Of a stretch of 64,000 nt of DNA, positions 26,001 through 36,927 are shown piece by piece. A program made the translations under genes and the position numbers. Positions within the stretch are counted from its first letter, which is position 1. The number at the start of each line of letters is the position of its first letter. A model generated the notes under the pieces. It was not told where the DNA came from. It ran no database searches and was given only the letters and a program-made list of their open reading frames with translations. The stretch is from Octopus vulgaris (taxonomy: Eukaryota). The DNA is taken from NCBI GenBank assembly GCA_951406725.2, contig OX597814.1:48670001-48734000 (forward strand), read 5' to 3'.

Positions 26001-27819
26001 GCTGTTTTTGTCTTGTATAATAGTTCCTTTTTGTGTTTGCTTTATCTCTTATATAACGTCTCTGACTTATTGAAATTACCTCAATATAAAATTGTTTAAT
26101 ATAGAAAACATTAGATTTTATTTTATTACAATTCGACCCTTACTCCTCAGTACTGTTGCAGACTTAATTTTAGTGACATCAATGACATTGCTTTAGCCAA
26201 ACCAGGTTTGACGTGGTTTAGTCTTTGACATAGCTAACTTCATCTATCAGTTTTGAAAAGCTGATTTCTAGTCTTGGACTCGATACGGTATATTGCCGGG
26301 AACCTAAGTTTACCCATAAAGGTCGTGGGAAAGGGGAAAAAAGAACATAGATAACCTGAGCTATTAGGTTTGGGCATCTCATTGCTCTTTGAGAGAGCCA
26401 AAGAGATGCGATGCCCTTGACATTTCAAGAGTTTATAGTTTCCTGTGCCAACCATGTCATGAAGAGTGAGTTAGTATTTCGATTGTCATTTGAAATAATT
26501 ATATTTACTCTTGGAAAAGAAGAAATAAGAAATTTAAGGACTAGCAATTTGTAGTTTACGTTTCTTTACGCTCCGAGTTAAAATCACTCCGAGACCAGCT
26601 TTATTCCTTATAGTTCTGGGGTTGATAAAATAAAGTAATCATGAAATAGTGGGGTAAAAGATAAAATCGTCCCCACTTCACGCATTAATATTTTGTTGCT
26701 TCTTATGTTCTAATTACAGAGGTTAATTTTCCTTTTAGCCTTCTGTATAAAATAAGTAAGAAGTCGTGTACTGGGATACTCATGCGATATTATTTCTCCA
26801 TCAGCGACCTCGAGCCAATGAAGACCGCTACGCAACACTCGACCTGCTATAAATAGCAGCCAATTTTTTTTCGAACAACACCCTACTATTTTAAAAGAAA
26901 GCACACATTGCGTAATATAATCTTGGACATTCTAAAAGTAATTGTCACGGATGAAAGGCCTCTAATCATAGAATTGCTTGATCAGGAGGTGACCTGAGTC
27001 TAAACTTTGTGGTTTTGTACTAATACAAGAAATCATTTACAGACTCGTATGAAACTTATTGTTAAAGATGTTATGAACACATATTATAAAGTATATTTTC
27101 TAGTTGTTCAATATAATTGAAAACACCTTTGATAAATTAGTATAATATAAACGAAAAACTTAACGGGACTTCCCAGCTTATTTTGTTATTCTTTCCGTTT
27201 CTGAATAATCTGATATTTTTTTACTGTTTGAATAACGTAAGTTGGCAAGCACCCACTCCCATCTCTTTAAAAGTGTTCTTCGTGAGATGTAATTTGAATT
27301 AGCATCAACACACACGAATTTACAAGATACACAAAACGCACAACACATACACACGTAAAGCTCAACTCATGACGAAGAAAAAAATACAAGAAAGAAGCCA
27401 ACACCAAGATAAATTACTTTCGTTCGCTTAATTAGCAATGATAAGTAGAGAATTACCGAAACTATATATAATGTCTCCCACCTGGAACTTTTGCTATATT
27501 GGTGGGAGTGACTTTATTGTAGTATTGATTTCTTACATTAGAATCAAGTCACACGGCTCTGAGAGAAAGGAAAAGTCAGTTAAATCGACCTTGGTACGTA
27601 TGGCTGGTACTTATTTCATCGCACCCAGAGAGATGTAATGAATAGATGTGTCCGTCGGGATTTGAATTCACCGTCTAGAATGGCTAATCTACCGGAAAAT
27701 CAATGTTTCTAAGAGACATTTTGCTTACAAGGTGATCTGGTGGGCTTCACCCATTTAATCATTATAGTTTTGTAAAAAAACATAAAATGCTTCTTTCACT
27801 TCATTCACTCAAAAACAAA

Positions 27820-27915
27820 CCAGTCATTTCCATTTTGGAAGGTGAGTGAAGTGGAGCAATGTTAAATAAAGTGTCTTGCTCAAGGACACAATGCGCCGCC
27901 GGGAATCGAACTTAT
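27820..27915 (-). mobile_element. tRNA-SINE fragment (third family)
   Basis: Minus strand agttcgattcccgg B-box then gtgtccttgagcaagacacttt; resembles 46686 copy. Confidence 0.6.
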
Positions 27916-27999
27916 GATCATAACGTTGGATCATAACCTGACCACTATAATTATAACTTAAGGTTAAATAACCTAAGGTTAAATAACCTAAGCACTAAG

Positions 28000-29150
28000 C
28001 TAGTAGTGCTTGTGTGGTGTTGATGGTGCTTGTTGGTGGTGCTAGTGGTGCTGGTGGTGCTAGTGGTGCTGGTGATGCTGGTGGTGCTAGTGGTGCTGGT
28101 GGTGCTGGTGGTGCTGGTGGTGCTAGTGTTGCTGGTGGTGTTGGTGGTGCTAGTGTTGCTCGTTGTGCAAGTGGTGCTAGTGGTGCTGGTGGTGCTGGTG
28201 GTGCTAGTGGTACTGGTGGTGCTAGTGGTGCTAGTGTTGCTCGTTGTGCAAGTGATGCTTGTGGTGCTAGTGGTGTTAGTGGTGCTAGTGTTGCTAGTGG
28301 TGCTATTGGTGCTGGTGGTGCTAGTGGTGCTGGTGGTGCTGGTGGTGCTGGTGGTGCTGGTGGTGCTAGTGGTGCTGGTGGTGCTGGTGGTGCTAGTGGT
28401 GCTGGTGATGCTAGTGGTGCTAGTGTTGCTCGTTGTGCAAGTGATGCTTGTGGTGTTGATGGTGTTAGTGGTGCTGGTGGTGCTAGTGGTGCTGGTGGTG
28501 CTAGTGGTGCTGGTGGTATTATTGGTGCAAGTGGCTCTGGTGAGGTGGTGTTGTTGGTGGTACTACTGGCGCTCGTGATTTTGGTGGTGCTAGTGGCGCT
28601 TGTGGTGTTGGTGGTGTTAGTGGTGCTGGTGGTGCTAGTGACAGTGGTAGTATCGGTGGTGCTAGTGGTGCTTGGGGTTCTCTTAGTGTTGGTTGTTCTA
28701 GCGGTGCTGGTGATGCTAGTGGTGTTGGTGCTGCTAGTAGTGATGTTGGTGCTAGTGTTGCTTATTGTTGTTGTTGTTGTTGTTAAGTAACAAGACGGGT
28801 AAGGGTGATTAGGTGATGGTCTAGGGCTTAGGGGCGGGAGACCCCAGACCTTGGAAAAAAACTTTGGTCGTCCTGTTGTAGTCGAGGGCTTGTGATACTG
28901 GTGGTGGTAGTGGTGCTTGTTGTGCTGGAGGGGATATTGGTAGTGTTGGTGGTGTTGGTGGTGCTAGTGCTGCTGGTGGTGACGGTCGTGACGGTGGTGC
29001 TAGTGATGCTGATTGTGCTAGTATTGGTGGTGTTAATGGTGCTGGTGGTGCTAGTAGTGCTGGTGGTGCCAGTTGTGGTGGTGGTGGTGTTGGTGGTACT
29101 AGTGGTACTTGTGGTTCTCCTGGTAATGGTAATTCTAGTGGTGCTATTAC
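28000..29150. repeat. GGT-rich minisatellite (9-bp GGTGCTRGT units) and low-complexity DNA
   Basis: Seen directly; open in several frames because the units lack stop codons. Confidence 0.9.
28765..28892 (-). mobile_element. RLE-type LINE 3' end with (CAA)n tail
   Basis: Reverse complement of about 33940-34070. Confidence 0.7.
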
Positions 29151-29322
29151 TTTTTACGCCCTGTGTCCAGCTCTATCTATTTGTAGTCAGTCACATAAGC
29201 ACACATGTGCTTTTGTATGTACGTTTGTATACATTTATGTATGTGTGTGTGAGAGAGAGGGAGGGGGGATGCTGTCATATATACGAACATAAATACATAT
29301 GCATACATCTTTTTTGTATGCA

Positions 29323-29353
<31 letters not shown>

Positions 29354-29619
29354 GATTGATGTCTAAGTGGCACTCACTCACTCTCTCTCTCTCTCTATCT
29401 CTCTCACGCACACATACATACAAAAAAGATGTATGCTTATTTATTTATGTATGTACGTATACATGACAACACACCCTTTCACACGTTCTCTCTCTCTCTC
29501 ACACTCACACGTCCATTTCATCTGATGTTTAATGATGTATGTATATGTGTGTGTGCGTGCGTGCTTGCGTGCGTGCAGCATTTCATAACTGCCAGAAAAA
29601 AGTGGAGGAATTTTCTTTC

Positions 29620-30098
29620 TTGATATTACAAGTAAAACATTTGCAAAAACATTGCTTCTCTTCATGGTAAGGCAACAAAAAAGAACTGCAGTTGCTGTAG
29701 CATTGTGCGGCTTTGCTGCCACGATTCACCCAGGAGGACGAACATCTCATTCTGCTTGGTCACAAATGACAGTCCAATTTGTAACATAAGCAAAGATTTG
29801 GGTTTAGCAGAAGTGTTGTGTCAATACCACCTCATCATTTGGGTTGAATGCACCATGTCACATAGAGGTGCAATGGAAGCTCTTTATAAGACCTTACAAG
29901 ACATAAGAAGCAACAATAAATCTATGGGATGAGTTACACTAGCTTTATCAGGAGACTTAAGACAGACATTACCAGTCATTCCAAGACGAACAAGATCTGA
30001 TGAAATAAAAGCATGCATTAAGTCTTCACACCTATGGAATGAAGTACAATATATAAAGAACGATTTCATTCTCGGGCAACGCCGGGTTCCTCTGTTAG
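29620..30098 (+). mobile_element. Internally deleted Helitron with PIF1-type helicase remnant
   Basis: AVAVALCGFAAT, LIIWVECTMSHRGAMEALYKTLQDIR, GDLRQTLPVIPRRTRSDEIKACIKSSHLW, then 3' hairpin cgggcaacgccggg..TTAG-t. Confidence 0.88.
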
Positions 30099-31754
30099 TA
30101 AATAAATAAATAGCTATATATATAATACTGATCTCAAATGTTGGCAAAAAACAACAGTTTAAGAGGAGGCTAAGTTGATTAAGTCGACCCCAATGCTCAA
30201 CTGGTACTTATTTTATCGACACCAAAAAGATTTTAAAAAAAACAAACAAAAATCAACCTCAGAACATAAAGAGGGACGAAATGGCGCTAAGCATTTTGTC
30301 CGGCGCGCTAACGATTCTGCCAGCTTGCCGCTTTATAGATACATATGATATTACATATATTTTGATATTGCCTTTGTTGATTTTTGCCTGCCTTAGCAGT
30401 TTTGAATTATCAATGCCCCGATGTTAAAGGATGTACGCAGATATCTCAAATATAGTACAATACAAAGTTAAAATGTTTGTAAATGCGACTGAAACTTTTT
30501 ACCTGAAAGCTAGGGACGCCGAAAATATTCAGATAAGATCAGCTCAAACGTTAAAGCTTGTGAATATTAACACTTTCTTCGAAAACACGGTCTCATGCCT
30601 GTTCGGTAGGAGTTCCCAAATTGTTCATATACGCTGGAGTTGTAACGTAGGTCCATCTCTTTAAAATGATGCCAAAGAGTAAACTCTTGCATTAATTTAA
30701 GTAAGAATTTGATTTTACCAATTTCGGTGCTCTACTATTAGTGTTTTGAAAGTCCCGAGAAACAGTGATAATGACATTAAACATAGACAGAAAACCATAT
30801 GCTGATGGAGAAAAGTATAACCCTTTAATAGATTCCAGTACATCATGGCTGGTAATTGTTTTATCGGTCCTTAAGGAATGTAAGATAAAGTTGATCTTGG
30901 CAGGATTTGAACTCAGAATATATAAAGAACGTGCTGAAGTATTTCTGTCATTTTATCTCTTCTGCCACTCTTTCGCTCCCCTAGAGATAATCAAAATAAA
31001 AACATTTACTTATTTTTTATGTTGCTATCTATACAATAAAATACTAAGTATTGTGATCCTTTTATAATCTCAAAACTTATTGTTTAGCTCTTCTAAGGTC
31101 AGTAATATTTGATGTGGTTCATATACGGAATCTTGATTCCTAGTGAGGCTTCTAAGGAGATACTTGAAAATAATTACAATGGTTCAACACAATGTAGCAG
31201 TAGCGGTGTATTATCTTTTTAATTACAGTAACAGAATGAGCAATATTGTTCTAGAAAAGATTACTTTCAAGCTGCGTGTCGCCATCTCTTCTTTATAACA
31301 CATTCTACATTTTTTTTTCGTTTTTGGTTACAAGTGTTGCTTCTGGTATCAGGCGAACGACCACACTGAAAGCGTTAAACACAGCGTTAATCCTGCAATA
31401 TATTTCAGTCATCCCTTTCAATAGATAAGTGTTTTATCAAAGGAAATTAATCATAAAACTGAATACTTCATACAAAAGAGGTATATTATTTTTACAAATT
31501 AAGTGGTTTGTTGGTTTTTGAAGCCTCTATTGATAATTGATTGGGTGTAACATTTTCAAAAGCATACTTGCCAAAAATGTGTTTGGGTAATAGAGTAGTA
31601 AAATGAGAAAATATGTACCTCTGTATGTAGTTTGGAGACAGTGACATCCATTTACTCAAATAGCCCTATATCCTCTACCAACAATCCCCGTACCCACGCA
31701 AACTCTATCTCTACCAATACATATACACGTAGCAACAGTGCGTCTAATACTAGT

Positions 31755-32174
31755 AACAATTGTAGCTGTAGAAACGCTAACACCTGTGCGGTTAAAGGTA
31801 TCTGTAAAATGAAAAATGTTGTATGTAAAGCCACTATTACTACACATGATCTCTCTAGGTTCCATTATATAGGTTGCACGCAGACCCCTTTTTAATTACG
31901 TTTGAATAATCATAAATCATCTTTTAATGATCCTCGGAAAGAAAATAGTACTAGTTTATCCGAAAAGATATGGCAACTTAAAATATATAACATAAATTTC
32001 TCAATTTCTTGGAATATTGCTTCTTCTGCCCTTTCTTATAGGATTAGGAATAGAACTTGTCCACTATGTCAAGAGGAGTCTTATATAATTATGAAAATAA
32101 ACGGTTCTATCTTAAATTCGAGAGATGAAAGACTTTTTTCTTGTAAGCATATGTCCAAATTAACTTTTTATTGA
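31755..32174 (+). pseudogene. Penelope-like GIY-YIG endonuclease domain with one in-frame stop
   Basis: CSCRNANTCAVKGIC..VVCKATI..YIGCTQTPF*LRLNNHKSSF..TSLSEKIWQLK..CPLCQEE..LNSRDE..CKH; ORFs 31632 and 31902 are in the same frame, separated by TAA at 31893-31895. Confidence 0.9.
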
Positions 32175-32317
32175 TTACCTCCTCCCTTTTTTATTCTCAA
32201 GTATTTAGTGTATGTTTATCTTCTCGGTGTGTGCATGTATGTGTGCCGGAAATCGATCCAAAATTAGGTCCTCGGACAAGACTGGCCGAAATGTCTCACC
32301 ACACCAGACGTTGGCAT

Positions 32318-32652
32318 GAGAAAAATCACTATTATGTAATTCAAACAATGATAGACGTAAAACACACCATATAGAAAAAAGAAATTATATGATAAAACAT
32401 TTATCTAGATCACAAAAGTACATGATAATAAATAAACATAATATGATTAGTAAATAGACTACGCACGTTTCGTGACTATATCTTCAATTCGAATTCGAAA
32501 TGTACGTAGTCTATTTACTAATTATATTCTGTCTATCTATTATTATGTACTTTTTGTAATCTAGATAAATGTTTAATCATATAAGTTCTTTTTTCTATAG
32601 GGTATGTTTTACGTCTATCATTGTTTGTATTACATAATAGTGGTTTTTCTCT
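32318..32652. repeat. Inverted repeat with about 155-bp arms downstream of the PLE ORF
   Basis: About 32318-32472 versus 32496-32652; both arms meet at cgaaa(c/t)gt(g/a)cgtagtc. Confidence 0.85.
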
Positions 32653-32958
32653 AATTTATATATACATATACATACACACACAAACATATATATATATGTG
32701 TGTGTGTGTATACTGTTGCGGTCAAAATGTTGAGAACGGCATAGTTTTCGTCAGAAAAGTAGGTATAAGTTTTTATCAAAGTTGTTTTATATTCTATATA
32801 TGGGTTTTGCAGTAAATCCTAAATCATCCATAACTTTTGTATTATCCTCTCAAATTACACTAAAATCTCAGACAATAACAAATAATATCGCATTTATTGT
32901 CTGTGAAAATTATAGAATATAAAACAACTTCGATAAAAAATTATATCTACTTTTCTGA

Positions 32959-33002
<44 letters not shown>

Positions 33003-33861
33003 TTACACAAGTATATATGTGCGTTGCATTCAAAACATTCAATCGAAAGACCTCACGTACACACACTCCTACACGCACGCACGCACACACTCACACACAC
33101 ACACACACACACACACCAAAGTTAGAATTACTCTGATGGATGGGATGTTATTCCAGACATATTGAGGCATTCACTACGAGAAATCACGTGTTGCTGACGA
33201 CTAATGTCATCCCTTGTCAACGTCCTCTGAAAGGATTTTTAGCGAGACAATATGTGGAAATCGAAACCATATTTCAAAGAATCTCATAGACTGAAATGAT
33301 TTACGAGTTCGAATTTGCTGTACTTCCTATGTATTCGAAACCAGGGACCAGTGGCTGATTTGTGTAATAATATAATATTAAATCTCATATATAAAAAATA
33401 TCCCGCGTAAACTCACTTCTCTCCCAATTTCTATCACGAGCAATTTTAATGTAAGTAATGATTAAGGAGATCGTGATGCAAAAGACTATCTAAAAACCAC
33501 CAACTACTCAACTGCTCACATATACATGAAAATTTGAAAAAAAAAATATCCGTGGTTTCCACGATCCAACAAAAGTACCAATAATGATTTCTAACGTTAA
33601 TGCAAGAAACCACGTTTTACGAGATTGCATCGACCCTTATACTTTACTAGTATTGCATCGTTCAAACCCTGAATGGACGAAAGGAACGGCTGAGGTTTAA
33701 ACTCAGAACATACCCATAAATATCATTAAGTATTCTATGAGACTCTCCAATTATTCAAGCAATCCACTGCCCAAAATAATGTCGTTGATGATAAAAATAA
33801 CTGACAGTAACTGTAGCAGCAGCAGCAGTAGTAGTGATAGTAGTAACAACAGCAGCAGCCA

Positions 33862-34065
33862 TTCAAGAATTTGGACCTGGAGATCTCCATTTCCAGCGAC
33901 TTCGAGGGCCACCTCTCAGCGGTGTCGGGCGTCAACGAAGAGCCCTCGACGACAACAAGACGACCCAAGTTTTTTTTTCCAAGGTCTTGGGTCTCCGCCC
34001 CTAAGCCCTAGATCATCACCTAATCACCCTTACCCGTCTTGTTGCTTAAAAAACAACAACAACAA

Positions 34066-34070
<5 letters not shown>
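33862..34070 (+). mobile_element. RLE-type LINE 3' end with (CAA)n tail inside (CAG)n
   Basis: KNLDLEISIS..PLSGVGRQRRAL loosely resembles LQKA.LLGTARILR.VL; paralogue at 28765. Confidence 0.55.
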
Positions 34071-34101
<31 letters not shown>

Positions 34102-34541
34102 TTAAATCAAGATTAGGATATAATCTAATTGTAATCAATATTTTTTACTTCAATAAGAATCTTTAGCACGTCGGGCAAAACGCTTAGCAACATTTCGCCC
34201 GTCTTTACGTTCTGAGTTCAAATGCCACCGAAGTCGACTTTGCCTTTCATCCTTTCGATGTCGGTAAAATACGTACCAGTCGATGTAAGCGACTTGCCTC
34301 TACCCCAAAATTGAAGCCAACATTTTTGTTTCCATTTTTGTTTCCAGGCATAGGAGTGGCTGTGTGGTAATTAGCTTGCTTACGAACTACATGGTTCCGG
34401 GCTCAGTCCCACTGCGAGGCACCTTGGGCAAGTGTCTTCTACTATAGCCTCGGGCCGACCAAAGCCTTGTGAGTGGATTTGGTAGACGGAAACTGAAAGA
34501 AGCCCGTCGTATATATGTATATATATATATATATATATATA

Positions 34542-35222
34542 CTAATGCCAGATACGCCGAAACAAAAAAAATTGTCGATAACCATTAAATTTATGCGTCT
34601 CGAAATAAACCGATAGAAATCTCTAAAAATTCGTTATTACCGTATTTGGTCCAATTTCGGGGTAACTTTTACCTTTGGAGGCATTTTTTGATATGCTGGC
34701 CATTGATAAATTGTTTTTCCCGGAAAAAATTTTATCCTATATCAATTATAAATAGATTAGTGTTTCACTTCCGGATTCTATCACCCTGTGAAAGTTTCTA
34801 GTTCGAATCACACGTGTCTCGAGGTGCGCCGAAGATTTTTCTATTTGGATATATTTGGGGTACTTAAGTCTGCTCGGGACTTGGTGCTTGCTTCTTCCGT
34901 GGGTATGAATAAGTATTTCATTTATATCTCGCGTATGTGCCGCTGAAGAGGGGAAAATTTCTTGTGAATTAACCCCGAAATTACACCAATACGGTAATAA
35001 CGAATTTTTTTAGAGATTTTTTAGAGATTTCTATCGGTTTATTTCGAGACGCATAAATTTAATGGTTATCGACAATTTTTTTTTGTTTCGGCGTATCTGG
35101 CATTAGAATTTTTCTTCTGCCCTTATCTTGTAAATTATGTATAAATTTTACCTTTAAAGGCTTTTTTGATATGCTGGCCATTGATAAATTTTTTTTCCCG
35201 GAAAAAATTTTATCCTATATCA

Positions 35223-35228
<6 letters not shown>
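34542..35228 (+). mobile_element. ORF-less retrozyme/Penelope-terminus-like element
   Basis: Inverted repeat 34542-34665 / 34969-35106; direct repeat 34667-34750 / 35146-35228; internal hammerhead; (TA)n on both sides. Confidence 0.75.
34936..34997 (+). ncRNA. Type I hammerhead ribozyme candidate
   Basis: Stem I TGCCG/CGGTA, CTGAAGA box, stem II GGGG/CCCC, GAAA, stem III ATT[ACACC]AAT, AUA triplet with predicted cleavage after 34991. Confidence 0.7.
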
Positions 35229-35260
<32 letters not shown>

Positions 35261-35619
35261 CGTGTATATGCTTGTGTGTGTGTGTTTGTCCCCCAACATC
35301 ACTTGACAACCGATGGTGGTGTGTTTACGTCCCCGTAACTTAGCGGTTCGGCAAAAGAGACCGATAGAATAAATACTAGGCTTACAAAGAATAAGTCCTG
35401 GGGTCGATTTGCTCGACTAAAGGCGGTGCTCCAGCATGGCCACAGTCAAATAACTGAAACAAGTAAAAGAGTAAAAGAATACACAACAGTTGGAGAACTG
35501 CATTTTTCAATAGAATGCAAGAAAATGAGAACCAAACTGGACGATCTTTCGAGTACAAAGAAATAGACATTTACCACAGAATAAAAAGACAAATAAACGT
35601 TGTACCACTCATAGCGATA

Positions 35620-35661
35620 GGTCAAACACACACACACCCGCACACACACACACACACACAC

Positions 35662-35703
<42 letters not shown>

Positions 35704-35860
35704 GACGGGCTTCCACACAGTTTCCTTCAACCGAATTCCTTCACAAGGCATTGTTAAGCCTGGAGCTAAGAAGAAGACGACTGCCCAAGGTGCCGAGTAG
35801 GGAACCTGAACTTGAAACCACGTGGTAAGAAACGAACTTCTTAATCACGCAGTCATACAA
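35620..35860 (-). mobile_element. Family A SINE, diverged 5' part
   Basis: tacgacgggcttcc..tgcccaaggtgcc..gaaaccacgtgg blocks. Confidence 0.75.
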
Positions 35861-35993
35861 GTGAAACGAAATCTCATGTAGCAATCATTTTGCAATGTAC
35901 CACATTTTTTCTCAATAAGAAATGTACCTTCATCAGTTGACTAAATGATAGTGTTGAGAAATAAAGCAAAAATCTATAACATTATTTGTAATA

Positions 35994-36927
35994 ATCCTTT
36001 CTACTATAGGCACAAGGCCTGAAATTTAGGGGAGGGGATAAAGTCGATGACGTCGACCCCAGTGTTTCACTGGTACTTAATTTATCGACCCCCGAAAGGA
36101 TGAAAGGCAAAGTCGACCTCAGCTGAATTTGAACTCAGAACGTAAGGACGGACGAAATGCCGCTAAGCATTTTGCCCAGCGTGCTAACGATTCTGCCAGC
36201 TCACCGCCTTAACCTTATTCGCAATAATGCTTTCTAGTATAGGCGCCAGGCCAGAAATTTAGAGGGAGGGTTTTAGTCGATTATGTCGACCACAGTGATC
36301 GACTGGTACTTATTTAATCGTTAACGAAATGATGAAAGACAAGAATTACCTCGGTGGAATTTCAAATCAGAGCGTAAAGACGAACGAAATACTGCTAAGC
36401 AGTTTGTCCGGCGTGCAAATGATTCTGCCAGCTCACCGCCTTAACGTTATATGTGTTAATAGTTAAGGCGGCGAGCTGGCAGACTCGTTAGCACGCCGGG
36501 CGAAATGCTTAGCAGTATTTCATCTGCCGCTACGTTCTGAGTTCAAATTCCGCCGAGGTCGACTTTGCCTTTCATCCTTTCGGGGTCAATAAATTAAGTA
36601 CCAGTGAAACACTGGGGTCGATATAATCGACTTAATCCGTGTGTCTGTCCTTGTTTGTCCTCTCTGTGTTTAGCCCCTTGTGGGTAGTAAAGAAATAGTT
36701 ATTTGTATTAATAGTATCAAATTTTGGCACAAGGCCTGCAACTTTAAAAGAAGGTGTAAGTCGATATCATCGACCACAGTGCTTGACTGGTACATATTTT
36801 ATCGACACCGAAACGATGAAAGGCAAAGTCGACCTCGGCAGCATTTGAACTCAGAACGTAAAACCAGAAGAAATGGCACTAAGCATTCTGTCCGGCGCAG
36901 TAAACGATTCTGGCAGCACGTGGCCTT
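35994..36927. mobile_element. Cluster of four family B tRNA-SINEs (minus 35994-36211, minus 36226-36443, plus 36464-36700, minus 36720-36927)
   Basis: Shared gagttcaaattccgccgaggtcgactttgcctttcatcctttcggggtcgat core with B-box; central block recalls the Meta/MESC-type domain (from memory, unverified). Confidence 0.9.

Larger units (their letters stand above)
34348..35480 (+). mobile_element. Family A SINE interrupted in its (TA)n by the hammerhead element
   Basis: Head 34348-34540 and tail 35230-35480 join colinearly when 34542-35228 is removed. Confidence 0.9.

Noticed and set aside
28014-28790. 258-aa Gly/Ala-rich then Val/Leu-rich ORF resembling a fibroin or membrane protein
   Set aside because: Product of a stop-free 9-bp GGT-rich minisatellite, open in several frames, GTG start, and interrupted by a LINE end
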